From an uncultured Peptoniphilaceae bacterium (lineage in GTDB: Bacteria > Bacillota > Clostridia > Tissierellales > Peptoniphilaceae), in assembly GCA_964346375.1 (NCBI GenBank), contig CAYFUL010000001.1:1-55932 (forward strand): a stretch of 55,932 nt of DNA, read 5' to 3'. Position 1 is the stretch's first letter; each line of letters begins with the position of its first letter. Below the pieces are notes generated by a model that saw only the letters and a program-made list of their open reading frames with translations, had not been told where the DNA came from and searched no databases. The position numbers were made by a program, and so were the translations under genes. Shown here piece by piece: positions 17,716 to 28,398 of this stretch.

Positions 17716-19225
17716 ATGTCAAATAGGAAATTTTCACATGAAAATATTTTTAAAAAATTTAAAATTCGTCTTGTAGTCGATGGAATTGTTCTAGGAGTAA
17801 TATCTGGACTGTCTTCAATTCTATACCGTTTTATAATTCATCTAATAGACTCAAATAGGAGTAGTCTATATAAATTCACCACTAAAAATTTATTAATACT
17901 AATAATTTTAGGGGCTATTTTTTTCTATAATTATATCAAAACTTTTAAAATGGGCACCCCTCTCTGGAGGATCTGGTATTCCACAAATTAGAGGAGAGGT
18001 ATTAGGAACACTAGACGATGAACCACATAAAACATATATTTCAAAGTACATTGGTGGAACTCTAGGTTCAATTATGGGACTTAGTCTTGGTAGAGAAGGC
18101 CCTTCAATTCAAATTGGAGGAGCAACAGGAAAAATTTACGGTAAAATTTTAAAAAAACCTGAAAGGGAAATGCCCTTTATAATTACAGCAGGAGCATCGG
18201 CAGGACTTTCAGCTGCATTTAACGCACCTATCTCTGGTACTCTATTTGCCCTAGAGGAAATTCACAAGTCCTTTTCTCCACTGGTACTACTTCCAGCAAT
18301 AGTTGCATCAGTAATTGCAAATTTCCTCTCCTTTAAAATACTAGGTACAGAGTCTGCATTTTCCTTTGTAGTAAGTAGAACTATACCCATTGATTTAATA
18401 CTACTTGTACTAATTACAGGAGTAGTCTGTGGAATTATAGGAGTTATTTTTAATATTGGCATTGTAAAAACCAAGAGTGTAATGGGAAAATTTAAGACTA
18501 CTTATAGATTATTATTTACTATGGGTCTTTCAATAGTAGTTGGATTTTTATTCTACGACTTAGTTTCTGGAGGACATGGACTTTTAGAAAATCTTGCAGA
18601 AAATAGTAGACCTATTAATATTTTACTTCTACTGCTTTTTGGAAAGATGATCTATACATGGATATGCTTTGGAACTGGAATTCAAGGTGGAATTTTTTTA
18701 CCTACTCTAGTCTGTGGAGGAATTACTGGTGCAATTTACTTTAGTATTTTTTCAAATATAGCAGAAATTCACCCCTACTACATTAATTTTATAATTATAG
18801 GTATGGCGGCAACTCTTACCTCTGTTGTACGAGCGCCTATTATGGGAATACTTCTTGTAACGGAAATGACAGGGTCCTTCTCCCATTTAATTAGTCTCTG
18901 TACGGCGTCTATTGCAGCCTACCTTGTGGGAGAGATACTAAATAATCCTCCTATATATGAATCCCTTTACGAAGCAATTGTAAAGAAGGATCACATTAAG
19001 GAGGATCAATATATAGGAGATTACATTATTTCTGCTAATAGCCCTTTAATAAATACATCCCTTAGAGATTTAAACCTTCCAGAGGGAGTACTAATTATCT
19101 CCATAAAAAGAGATGGTGAAATTATACTACCTATAGCAAGTACAACTCTACTTCCTGGAGATTCTGTAACTATAATTTCAAAGAAGAATATTTTTTACAA
19201 GGTAGACGAAGTATTTACACTATAG
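17716..19225 (+). pseudogene. ClC chloride channel with C-terminal TrkA-C domain, frameshifted at a T7 run
   Basis: The N-terminal frame (ORF 17698-17991) ends 22 codons after a T7 run at 17918-17924. The +1 frame continues SIIISKLLKWAPLSGGSGIPQIRGEVLG into ORF 18074-19225. All three ClC motifs (GSGIPQ, GREGP, GIFLP) lie in the +1 frame. Confidence 0.75.
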
Positions 19226-20052
19226 TAATCGAAAATACTATTTACAAATTCAGACTCATACTTATTTAAAAGTTTACCTCTATGATATGCAAGGAAGAGT
19301 TCTGTTTTATGTCCATTTTTTAGAGAGCATACATTAACTCCCTCATCTACACATAATTTCGGAACGATTCCCACTGCATTAGATTTATGGATTAAATTTA
19401 TTAGAGAGTCCATACTTTCAACAGTCCACTTTACATTTAAATAGGACTTTATCTCTGTATGAAGGGGACTCATATATTCAGTTTCTATTATTGCAATATC
19501 TCTATCTACTAAATCACCAAGGTCCACTGGTTCTGTAAACTCATTATTAAAATTACACACTACATAGTCCACAGAGCAGATCTTCTCGTTAAAGATGTCC
19601 CTGTCTAAAAGGGCACCGTCGTTTATGGCAATGTCTATTGTACCTTCAAGGAGCCTTTCTTTTAATTCCCTTTGATTAATTTGAAAAATTCTAAAGTTAG
19701 GGTACTTAAATTCTTCTTCATACTTTGATACAATTTTAAGTATAAGATCTGTATTAAGGGAAGATGAAACTCCTATATTTAAAATTTTTTCGTCAGATAT
19801 ATTGGTAAGAAAGCTGACAATATGGCAAAAATCCCTAGTGATATTATTTGCATAGTCAAATAATTTTAACCCTACGTCAGTAATAAAGAGTTTTTTTGAC
19901 ACACGATTAAATAATTTAACATTGTATTCCCGTTCAATTTGGGCAATTGCATGGCTAACTGTTGGTTGGGAAATATTTAGATTTTTTGCAGCTTCAGACA
20001 TACTTTTTGTTTCGACAACTTCTATAAATATTTCTAAATCCCTAAGTGTCAT
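19195..20052 (-). CDS. LysR family transcriptional regulator
   Basis: N-terminal HTH (MSEAAKNLNISQPTVSHAI) plus a LysR substrate-binding domain. Its 3' end overlaps the ClC gene by 31 nt, in convergent orientation. Confidence 0.85.
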   Translation of the reverse strand: MTLRDLEIFIEVVETKSMSEAAKNLNISQPTVSHAIAQIEREYNVKLFNRVSKKLFITDVGLKLFDYANNITRDFCHIVSFLTNISDEKILNIGVSSSLNTDLILKIVSKYEEEFKYPNFRIFQINQRELKERLLEGTIDIAINDGALLDRDIFNEKICSVDYVVCNFNNEFTEPVDLGDLVDRDIAIIETEYMSPLHTEIKSYLNVKWTVESMDSLINLIHKSNAVGIVPKLCVDEGVNVCSLKNGHKTELFLAYHRGKLLNKYESEFVNSIFDYYSVNTSSTL

Positions 20053-20113
20053 ATTACCACCCCTATCTTATATATAATAATATTTTAATTCGCTAAAGTA
20101 AAGGATTTTTAAA

Positions 20114-20755
20114 ATGGTAACTAAAGAGCAAATGATAGAACTTGATAAAAGAGCAATAGAACATTATAATATTCCCGGTATCGTCCTAATGGAAAATGCA
20201 GGAATGGGAATTTTTTACAGGATTAATACCTTTAACTCCTACTGTATAATTTGTGGAGTAGGTAATAATGGTGGAGATGGCCTTGTAATTGGAAGACACC
20301 TTCTACTAAATAGAAAAGACGTTGAGATTTTTATAATAGGAAATCCAAAAAAGGGAACTGAGGAATTTAAACTCAATTTAAAAATTCTAAAATCTCTAAG
20401 AGTAAAACCTAAAATAATTACAGATGAAAATATTGATGAACTAATTGAGAGTTTAGAGGTAAATGAAATTACAGTAGACTGTATTTTTGGTACAGGACTT
20501 TCTAGGGAACTAGAGGGAATTTACAAAGAGGTAGTTGAAAAGATAAATACCCATTCAAATTACACAATTAGTGTAGATATACCATCGGGACTAGATGCAA
20601 GTAATGGAAGGGCACTGGGAGAGGTAGTAAGAGCAAGTAAAACCTATACTATTCACGATGAAAAGGTAGGATTTTTATACTCAACTGCCCCGGGAGAAAT
20701 AGAGGTAGTATACATAGGTATACCGGAGGAAAATGAAACTATTAAGAAGAACTAA
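20114..20755 (+). CDS. nnrE: NAD(P)H-hydrate epimerase (YjeF N-terminal domain only)
   Basis: GVGNNGGDGLV motif in a 213-aa ORF. There is no fused dehydratase domain. Confidence 0.8.
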   Translation: MVTKEQMIELDKRAIEHYNIPGIVLMENAGMGIFYRINTFNSYCIICGVGNNGGDGLVIGRHLLLNRKDVEIFIIGNPKKGTEEFKLNLKILKSLRVKPKIITDENIDELIESLEVNEITVDCIFGTGLSRELEGIYKEVVEKINTHSNYTISVDIPSGLDASNGRALGEVVRASKTYTIHDEKVGFLYSTAPGEIEVVYIGIPEENETIKKN

Positions 20756-22082
20756 CAGAAATATAAATCTATCCCAGGGGGATATTAAGACGGGGATAAT
20801 ATTATTTACAATTCCCCTACTACTTTCTAACTTACTTCAACAACTATATAATACTGCCGACCTAATAATCGTAGGTACATTTGCTGGAAAAAATCCCATG
20901 GCTGCCGTTGGAGTTACAGGACCAATAGTACAATTACTACTGGGTCTTTTTTTGGGTATAGCTACGGGAGCGTCGGTAATAGTTGCACAAACATTTGGAG
21001 CAGATAATCGAGAGGAACTAAAAAAAGCAGTACACACATCCTATGCAATAGCAATTATAAGTGGAATTGCCCTTAGTATTGTAGGGTATATACTCTCTCC
21101 AATGTTACTAAGACTAATAAGAACTCCCGATGAAATTATGGCAGAGTCTGTTGCATATTTGCGAATATCTTTTATTGGATCAGTACCACTACTTATTTAC
21201 AATATGGGAGCGGGAATACTTCGTTCAGTAGGAGACTCTCAAAGACCATTTAACTTTTTAGTAGTTGCAGCAATTACCAATGTAGTACTTGATTTAGTAT
21301 TTGTTGCAATGTTTAAAATGTCTGTAGTTGGTGCAGGAATTGCTACATTAATTGCACAGATAGTCTCTGCCGTATTGGTAACATACAATCTATTAAAGTC
21401 CGATAGAACTTTTAAACTGGAACTACGAGAAATAAAGTTACACTCCGATTCACTAAAGTCCATTTTAAAAATTGGACTTCCTGCAGGAATGCAAGGGGTA
21501 ATAATTTCAATAAGTAATACATTAATTCAAAGTGAGATAAATGGATTTGGTTCTTCAATAATTGCAGGAAATGCAGCTTGTAGTAGAATAGACGGATTTA
21601 TTTTTACAGCTATACAGGCAATTGCACTTTCAGCTACAACTTATTCTGGACAGAACTTCGGCGCAGGAAACACCCATAGAATTAAAGAGGGCTTTAAATT
21701 TTCAATGTTCCTTGCAATTGTAACAGGAGGATTTTTAGGTGGGTTATCTATGGTATTTTCAAAACCACTTATTGGAATTTTCAACCCAGATATAAGCGTA
21801 ATAGAAGCTGGAGCAGAAATACTTATGATTATGGGACCATTCTATGTAGTATTTGGAATGAGTGAAATACTTGCAGGCTTTGTAACGGGAAAGGGTAACT
21901 CCGTACCACCAATGGTAATTTCATTGGTATTTATGTGTCTATTTAGAGTTGTGTATATATTTATAGCAATGGGACTTTATCCAGACCCTAAAACAATTTA
22001 TTGGGCATATCCATTTTCATGGACACTTACATTTATTGCCAATGCACTTTATTTTAAATTCGGCAAATGGAGAGAAAATTAG
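20733..22082 (+). CDS. MATE family efflux transporter
   Basis: 449 aa, about 12 TM segments, and a typical MATE N-terminus (LLLSNLLQQLYNTADLIIVG). Confidence 0.85.
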   Translation: MKLLRRTNRNINLSQGDIKTGIILFTIPLLLSNLLQQLYNTADLIIVGTFAGKNPMAAVGVTGPIVQLLLGLFLGIATGASVIVAQTFGADNREELKKAVHTSYAIAIISGIALSIVGYILSPMLLRLIRTPDEIMAESVAYLRISFIGSVPLLIYNMGAGILRSVGDSQRPFNFLVVAAITNVVLDLVFVAMFKMSVVGAGIATLIAQIVSAVLVTYNLLKSDRTFKLELREIKLHSDSLKSILKIGLPAGMQGVIISISNTLIQSEINGFGSSIIAGNAACSRIDGFIFTAIQAIALSATTYSGQNFGAGNTHRIKEGFKFSMFLAIVTGGFLGGLSMVFSKPLIGIFNPDISVIEAGAEILMIMGPFYVVFGMSEILAGFVTGKGNSVPPMVISLVFMCLFRVVYIFIAMGLYPDPKTIYWAYPFSWTLTFIANALYFKFGKWREN

Positions 22083-22242
22083 ATCTATTTTCAGAATAAT
22101 TATCTTCGAAAATTTTTAATGATATTTTATAAATTCCGATAAATCACAACCCACGGTAGGGGTCGGGCGTCCCTGCCCGACCCGTCGGAGATAGTATATC
22201 GCCTATTATATAATTGATTAAAATACGAACACAGTATCTTAA

Positions 22243-22276
22243 AAAAATTTAAAGGACTTTGGTATTTCAAAGTCCT
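22243..22276 (-). terminator. Rho-independent terminator after the 80-aa gene (bidirectional shape)
   Basis: 9-bp stem AGGACTTTG/CAAAGTCCT (22253-22276) with a 6-nt loop. A T-run follows on the minus strand. Confidence 0.7.
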
Positions 22277-22280
22277 AATT

Positions 22281-22523
22281 TTATTCCTCTTCTATTTCTC
22301 CGGGGCTAATTACTTCCAATAACTCCATCGCCTCCTCAAACTGCTCCTCTGATACATATACCTCTACTCCAAAATATGACCATCCGCTAATTATTCTTAA
22401 ATAATCTCCACTTCCTATATCCTTTAGTACGTAGTTTATATTGTTGTCCGACAATATTCCCTCTATTGAATAGAGCTTTAGTGGTTCATTTACTACGGTA
22501 AGTCTTTTTAATTCATTAGACAT
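22281..22523 (-). CDS. Small DUF2007-like protein
   Basis: 80-aa ORF that overlaps the upstream aldolase gene by 16 nt. The resemblance to the putative signal-transducing DUF2007 fold is from memory only. Confidence 0.45.
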   Translation of the reverse strand: MSNELKRLTVVNEPLKLYSIEGILSDNNINYVLKDIGSGDYLRIISGWSYFGVEVYVSEEQFEEAMELLEVISPGEIEEE

Positions 22524-23527
22524 TTTAAATCCTCCATTAGATTTTTTACCTCGTCCTCTGTAGTTCTATAATTGGTTACAAATCGAACTACTAACTTTTC
22601 TCCCATACGCCCTGTAATTTCAAAGGCATTATTTTCCCTTAACTTCTCTACCTTATCTTTACTTAGCAGAATAAAAACTTGGTTACTCTCTGGTGGATAG
22701 GCAAACTCCACTCCAATTTCCCTAAGACCCTTTGCTAAAATACTTCCCATTTCGTAGGCAACTCTTCCATTTTCGTAGTAGAGTCCATCTCTAAATAATT
22801 CCCTAAATTGAATACCAAGGGCAAATCCCTTTGCAAGCATGGCTCCCCTCTGTTTTAAATAGAATCTAAAGTCCTTTTTTAATTCATCATTTACAATTAC
22901 CAGCGCCTCACCATACATTGCACCGTTTTTAGTTCCTCCAAGGGTAAAAGCGTCGCAAATCTCTGGTAGAACTTCTGGATTAATACTTGATGCTGCAAGG
23001 GCAACTGCCATTCTCGCACCGTCTATATATAGGTAAAGTCCATTTTCTTTACATACTCTATAAATTTCCCTTACCTCATCTAAATTATATACAGTTCCCA
23101 GTTCCGTAGTGTTGGAAATATATACCATCCTAGGGACTACCATGTACTCCTCTCCAAATTCCTCTAGGGCTTCCTTTAATTTTTCTCCACTTAGTTTTCC
23201 ATCCTCACTGTATATTGTGTGAATCTTATGTCCTGTGGCTTCAATAGACCCTGTTTCGTGTCCCTCTATATGGCCAGAATGTACAGAGATAATTCCCTCG
23301 TATGTATTAATTCTATGGGATAGTATTAAAATATTTGCCATTGTTCCACCGTGTACAAAGTGAATTTCTACGTCCTTACATTTTATATCCCTCTTAATAA
23401 ATTCTGCCGCCTCTTTTGAAATCTCATCTACTCCATATCCAATATGTCCATTTATTTTTTCATTCCTTAACGCTTCAAGTACCCTGTCGCAAGCTATATC
23501 ATTGTAGTCATTTAGAAAAAAGTTCAT
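22508..23527 (-). CDS. Low-specificity threonine aldolase / beta-eliminating lyase family
   Basis: 339 aa with the GGTKNG PLP-lysine motif. Confidence 0.75.
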   Translation of the reverse strand: MNFFLNDYNDIACDRVLEALRNEKINGHIGYGVDEISKEAAEFIKRDIKCKDVEIHFVHGGTMANILILSHRINTYEGIISVHSGHIEGHETGSIEATGHKIHTIYSEDGKLSGEKLKEALEEFGEEYMVVPRMVYISNTTELGTVYNLDEVREIYRVCKENGLYLYIDGARMAVALAASSINPEVLPEICDAFTLGGTKNGAMYGEALVIVNDELKKDFRFYLKQRGAMLAKGFALGIQFRELFRDGLYYENGRVAYEMGSILAKGLREIGVEFAYPPESNQVFILLSKDKVEKLRENNAFEITGRMGEKLVVRFVTNYRTTEDEVKNLMEDLKCLMN

Positions 23528-23571
23528 AATGCCCCCTCCTTTGCTATAATTATATTACAAGAGGTGAAAAA

Positions 23572-24639
23572 ATGAAAAAGATTAGTCATGGTGCAAATAT
23601 TTTTGAGCTGGCAAAGATTTATGATATAGATCCAAAGGAAATTGTGGACTTTAGTTCCAATATTAATCCACTGGGAATTAGTCCAAGGGCAAAGGAGAGT
23701 CTACTAAAAAATTTAGACTATATTTCCACCTACCCCGACCCAGAATACGTAGACCTTAGAAAATCAATAGGTAAATATTTAGAAACTAGCACTGAAAAAA
23801 TTCTTCTCTCCATGGGAGCAACGGAGGTAATTGGAAAGTATATTGAGTATTTAAAACCAAGGAAGGCTCTTTTAATTCTTCCAACTTACAGCGAATATAG
23901 AAGAGAGCTTGAGAAAAATAATGCAGAAATTTACGAGTATTTTTTAAAAGAGGAGGACGATTTTTCATTCCACACTGATGAAATTATCTCCATCCTTAAC
24001 AGTAATTCAATAGATGTTCTTGTAATGTGTAATCCAAATAATCCCACCGGGTCAATTTTAGAACCTAGAGAAGTTAAAAGGATTTTAGAGGAGAGTAGTT
24101 CAAGGGTACTACTTGACGAAACCTATATAGAATTTATAGCTAAGGTATATTCCTCTGTGCCTTTAACTGAAAATAAAAACCTATGTGTAGTGCGAGGTAC
24201 TTCTAAATTCTTTGCCTCTCCCGGAATTAGACTTGGGTATGGAATTTCATCTGATGATGATTTTTTAGAGTATGCAAAAAATACGACCCCCCTATGGAGT
24301 ATAAATATTGTTGCAGATATTTTAGGCCAAGCTATGTTTAATGACTTAGAGTATATTAAAAATACTGAGGACCATGTAAAGCATGAGAGAGAGTATTTTT
24401 TAAGGGAGCTATCCCAAATAGATTCCATAAAGATTTTTCCAAGTAGGGGAAATTTTTTCCTAGTAAAGATTTTAAATGACAAGACTGGAGGTGAACTTAG
24501 GGAGAATTTAATTAAGAGCCATATTTTTATAAGGGATTGTAGTAATTTTAATGGACTTAGCGAAAAATTTTTTAGATTTTGCATTATGGATACTAATGCA
24601 AATAGAAGGCTTGTCTTAAAATTAAAGGGGGAATTATGA
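23572..24639 (+). CDS. Class II PLP aminotransferase, threonine-phosphate decarboxylase (CobD)/HisC-like
   Basis: N-terminal HGANIFE...DFSSNINPLG and the SKFFASPGIRLGY lysine motif. Confidence 0.7.
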   Translation: MKKISHGANIFELAKIYDIDPKEIVDFSSNINPLGISPRAKESLLKNLDYISTYPDPEYVDLRKSIGKYLETSTEKILLSMGATEVIGKYIEYLKPRKALLILPTYSEYRRELEKNNAEIYEYFLKEEDDFSFHTDEIISILNSNSIDVLVMCNPNNPTGSILEPREVKRILEESSSRVLLDETYIEFIAKVYSSVPLTENKNLCVVRGTSKFFASPGIRLGYGISSDDDFLEYAKNTTPLWSINIVADILGQAMFNDLEYIKNTEDHVKHEREYFLRELSQIDSIKIFPSRGNFFLVKILNDKTGGELRENLIKSHIFIRDCSNFNGLSEKFFRFCIMDTNANRRLVLKLKGEL

Positions 24640-25589
24640 AAAAACTACTGCTATTTTTAGTGCTATTAGTTGGAATTTCTACTCCAGTCTACGGCAAAAC
24701 AGTTACGGCATCTATTCCAACCTATTCTACCTACATTAATGGAAAACTCTACGACAACACTAGGGAAAAATATCCAATGGTAAACTACAATGGAGTTACC
24801 TATGTTCCCTTAAAGTACACTTTACTTCGCTCAATGGGACTTGATACACTTTGGAATCAGGACACAAAAAATCTATTCGTCTATAATTCTGGGGACATTG
24901 TTCTATATGAACCAGAACTTACTGGAAAATATACTCCCGGCCAAAAAATTACACTTCAAACTACAGATTTTGGACTGTATCAAAATCCAATTGAGTCTGA
25001 GGGAAGTAGTCCAAATTTTGGAAAACTTGATTTAGAAAATTATGAAGAGGGAAAATTTCCACTACTCTTCTACAAAAACCTAATCTACCTTCCATTGACC
25101 TACAATATTTTTAATCTAGACTTTTACTTTACTCATAAAGATGGTTTCTACATTAAGAGTAATAACGCAGTTAAGGGACTACTCTACATTGACGGAGAGG
25201 ATGTATATAAAATCGTAGGAGATAGGGTTTATAGAAGGGGATATGATGAAAATAACTATGTAAAAATTGGAAATATTGATTTTTCATCAAGGACTTATAA
25301 TAATTTAAACCTACTGGTGTTGTATCCCGATGGAGAACTAATTCGTGGATATATTCCGGGACTTGGATTAATGCAACCAGAAAGCCACTTTATAATCCAT
25401 AGGGACAGAGTTGAAATGGTAGCGCCAAGTAATAGAGATGAACTAATTTCAAAAATGAAGGAGTACGAAAACCAGAAGGCAAAGGTTAAAAATATTCTCC
25501 ATGAATTTGATACCAACCCTACAATAATTAAAGACAAGACGTATTTTTACGATATAAACACAGGAAAGAAAGGAGTTTGGAACTGGTAA
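24636..25589 (+). CDS. Secreted protein with copper-amine-oxidase-N-terminal-like (stalk) repeats
   Basis: Signal peptide, then YINGKLYDNTREKYPMVNYNGVTYVPLKY...WNQDTKNLFV. It is a paralogue of 54671-55864. Confidence 0.6.
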   Translation: MKKLLLFLVLLVGISTPVYGKTVTASIPTYSTYINGKLYDNTREKYPMVNYNGVTYVPLKYTLLRSMGLDTLWNQDTKNLFVYNSGDIVLYEPELTGKYTPGQKITLQTTDFGLYQNPIESEGSSPNFGKLDLENYEEGKFPLLFYKNLIYLPLTYNIFNLDFYFTHKDGFYIKSNNAVKGLLYIDGEDVYKIVGDRVYRRGYDENNYVKIGNIDFSSRTYNNLNLLVLYPDGELIRGYIPGLGLMQPESHFIIHRDRVEMVAPSNRDELISKMKEYENQKAKVKNILHEFDTNPTIIKDKTYFYDINTGKKGVWNW

Positions 25590-26533
25590 TGTATATAGAT
25601 TTACACTCAGATACTGTAATGCACTATATAGGGGAGGGATCCCTTTACAATGGAAATTCCTCTAAGATAAATTTTTTAGATCTATTAGAAAATAAAAACA
25701 GGGGACAATATATGGCAATTTTTATGCCATCTAGGGAACACCCAGAGTTTATAAAATACAATGACTGGGATTATTTTAATATTGCAGCGGAAAAAATAGA
25801 GAAGTCTATTTTAGAAGATGAAAGAATTTCCCACGCAAGAAATTATAATGAGTATAGTAAAAATTTAAAGGACAATAAGCTTTCTATATTTACAAGTATT
25901 GAAGACGGAAGAATAATTGAAAAATTAGAGGACGTAGATTATTTAAAGAGTAGGGGAATTTCTATGATAACCCTACTTTGGAATAATGAAAATAAAATTG
26001 GGTATCCAAATTCTGATGACCCTACTATTATGAACAGACCACTAAAGGATTTTGGAATGGAAGTTGTAGAGGAATTAAATAGTAAAAAAATCATAATAGA
26101 TATAAGTCATCTAAACTTTGGGGGAGCAGAGAACGTATTAAATCATTCAAAGGCTCCTGTAATTGCAAGTCATTCAAATTCAATGGCAATTTGTAACCAC
26201 AGGAGAAATTTTCCCGACGAATTAATAGTAAAACTTGCAAATAAAGGTGGAGTAATGGGACTAAATATATGCCCCGCCTTTGTAGGGGAGAATGTAGACA
26301 AAAAAAATATCCTCCAAAATTTAGAGGTTCATTTAAAACACATACTAAATATTGGAGGAGAGGATATACTTTCCATAGGTACAGATTTTGACGGAATAGG
26401 AGAAGAAGAACTACTACCTACTCCCTTTGAAATTACTAATTGGTTAGAAAGCCTTAGTAAAACTTTCGGCGCTACCATTGTAGAAAAAATTGCCTATAAA
26501 AATTTTGAAAGGGTACTAAAAGAAACTACCTAA
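25589..26533 (+). CDS. Membrane dipeptidase (peptidase M19)
   Basis: IDLHSDT, DISH and SHSN motifs. I prefer the ATG at 25589, which overlaps the upstream TAA; the track begins at a TTG 12 nt earlier. Confidence 0.75.
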   Translation: MYIDLHSDTVMHYIGEGSLYNGNSSKINFLDLLENKNRGQYMAIFMPSREHPEFIKYNDWDYFNIAAEKIEKSILEDERISHARNYNEYSKNLKDNKLSIFTSIEDGRIIEKLEDVDYLKSRGISMITLLWNNENKIGYPNSDDPTIMNRPLKDFGMEVVEELNSKKIIIDISHLNFGGAENVLNHSKAPVIASHSNSMAICNHRRNFPDELIVKLANKGGVMGLNICPAFVGENVDKKNILQNLEVHLKHILNIGGEDILSIGTDFDGIGEEELLPTPFEITNWLESLSKTFGATIVEKIAYKNFERVLKETT

Positions 26534-27545
26534 AGAGTTTTTTTAGAACTGGAATTTTTAATGCTACAAAAGTTACACAGGAGCATACTAAGTAAACTAC
26601 AAGGGCAAATAGTAGAGCCGTAGTAGGATAGCTTCTAAGAATAGGATTATCTACAATATTTAAGATGTCCAAGTAGAGAGGGTGGAGAAGAAAAACTCCA
26701 AAGGTTAAATTTGAAAGAGTACCTAAAAACTTTCCATTTCTCTCTAAAAAACTACTGCCCTCTAAATTTTTAAAGATGGTAAATAGAATAACCGATTCAA
26801 AAAATACAAGGACATTGTAGTAGTCAATAAATTCACCAACAGGTTTAGATTTTAAAACTGAATAGTAATTAGTAAGATAGGTATTTATAATTGCCATAGC
26901 AATATAGGCAAGGACTAAGTACCTATTTTTTATATTGACCTTAATTGTAGAAAGATAGTAACCTAAAATAAAGTAGTTAAGCATATCGGCATAGTAAAAC
27001 AGGGAAAAGTGGTTGAAAAATTTACCAATAAAGTAATGTTCACTCATATTTAGAAGATTACTAATGGTAAGTTTTAAAACTCCAAAGACAAAGAAAAATC
27101 CCATAATATACTTTAAAAATCTACCGTCCTCATAATTTTTAAGGGCATGGGCAACGGGAGTAAGAAGGTAACACCAAGTAAGGTTAAGTAAAAACCAAAG
27201 GTGATACTTTCCATTTACAATACTCTCAAGAACTCCCCTAAGGCTAAATTCACCACCATATCCTAAAAAAGCATAGAAAGCCGACCAAAAGACGAATAGT
27301 GAAAAAAGATGAAGAGCCTTTTTAAAATCCCTCTTAAAATTAAAGGATTTGTTAAGACTAAAATATCCACTAATCATTACGAAAATGGGGACAGTACTTC
27401 TAACCATATTGTTTAGAAGAGAAGCCTGTTTAAATTCAATTGTACTTACGTCAAAAACGCTCCAAAGACCGGCAGAAATATGAAGTACAACTACCATAAA
27501 TGCCATAAAAATTCTAAGGGCGTCAAAATTTGCCATTCTTTTCAT
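26526..27545 (-). CDS. Acyltransferase family 3 membrane protein
   Basis: N-terminal FDALRIFMAFMVVVLH and about 10 TM segments. Confidence 0.75.
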   Translation of the reverse strand: MKRMANFDALRIFMAFMVVVLHISAGLWSVFDVSTIEFKQASLLNNMVRSTVPIFVMISGYFSLNKSFNFKRDFKKALHLFSLFVFWSAFYAFLGYGGEFSLRGVLESIVNGKYHLWFLLNLTWCYLLTPVAHALKNYEDGRFLKYIMGFFFVFGVLKLTISNLLNMSEHYFIGKFFNHFSLFYYADMLNYFILGYYLSTIKVNIKNRYLVLAYIAMAIINTYLTNYYSVLKSKPVGEFIDYYNVLVFFESVILFTIFKNLEGSSFLERNGKFLGTLSNLTFGVFLLHPLYLDILNIVDNPILRSYPTTALLFALVVYLVCSCVTFVALKIPVLKKLFR

Positions 27546-27609
27546 AGAGGTATTCTAACATATTTTACAATTTAAGGATAATATAAATACATAAATAAAA
27601 GGAGGAGTT

Positions 27610-28308
27610 ATGAACTGCGTAGTAATAAGAGGAACAGATTATAAAGGTGCCACAAATAAAATAGCAGACATATTTGTAGAAAACTTTACAGGAGAAGTAG
27701 TAGAGCACTCCCTACCAAGTCAAGGACCAAAATATTGTACAAGGTGTAAAAATTGTTTTAATATAGGAGAAGCATACTGTCCTCATAATGAGGAAGTGGA
27801 TAAAATTTGGAGCGCAATAAAAAATTCAGACATAGTAGTATTTATCTACCCAACCTATGTACTAAGAGCACCAGGCCATGTAAAAAGTCTACTAGATCAT
27901 TTTGCAGTACACTTTATGGCACATAGACCAGAACCAAGTATGAAAAATAAAAGGGGAGTGGTAATAACACAAAGCCTTTCCCCAGTAAATGGACCAGCGA
28001 GAAAAGACGTAGTAAATAGTATGAACTGGTGGGGCATATCAAAAGTAAGTAGTGTATCGGTGGGACTGTTGGAAGGAATAGTATGGAAAGAATTGACAGA
28101 AAGTAGAAGAAAAAAAATAGAGTATAAAATAAAAAACCTAGCACAAAAAATTTCCAAAGCGCCACTGCCAAAAAGGCGAAGTCTAAAAGTATATACATAC
28201 TTTAAAATGTGCCAACTTCTACAAAAATCCCTCTATAAAAAATTAGGAGCAGAAGAAAAACCATCCCTAGATTTACAACATTGGATAGATTTAGGATGGA
28301 TAAAATAA
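27610..28308 (+). CDS. Flavodoxin-fold NAD(P)H-dependent oxidoreductase (iron-sulfur flavoprotein-like)
   Basis: 232 aa with a Cys cluster CTRCKNC...CPH. It lies next to a superoxide reductase gene. Confidence 0.6.
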   Translation: MNCVVIRGTDYKGATNKIADIFVENFTGEVVEHSLPSQGPKYCTRCKNCFNIGEAYCPHNEEVDKIWSAIKNSDIVVFIYPTYVLRAPGHVKSLLDHFAVHFMAHRPEPSMKNKRGVVITQSLSPVNGPARKDVVNSMNWWGISKVSSVSVGLLEGIVWKELTESRRKKIEYKIKNLAQKISKAPLPKRRSLKVYTYFKMCQLLQKSLYKKLGAEEKPSLDLQHWIDLGWIK

Positions 28309-28398
28309 TTTCTCTCAACTAAAATTGAGTAAATAAATCTAAATTAGGGTAATAAGGAATTGACGAATATAACACATAAAATTAGGAGGGTAAAATAA

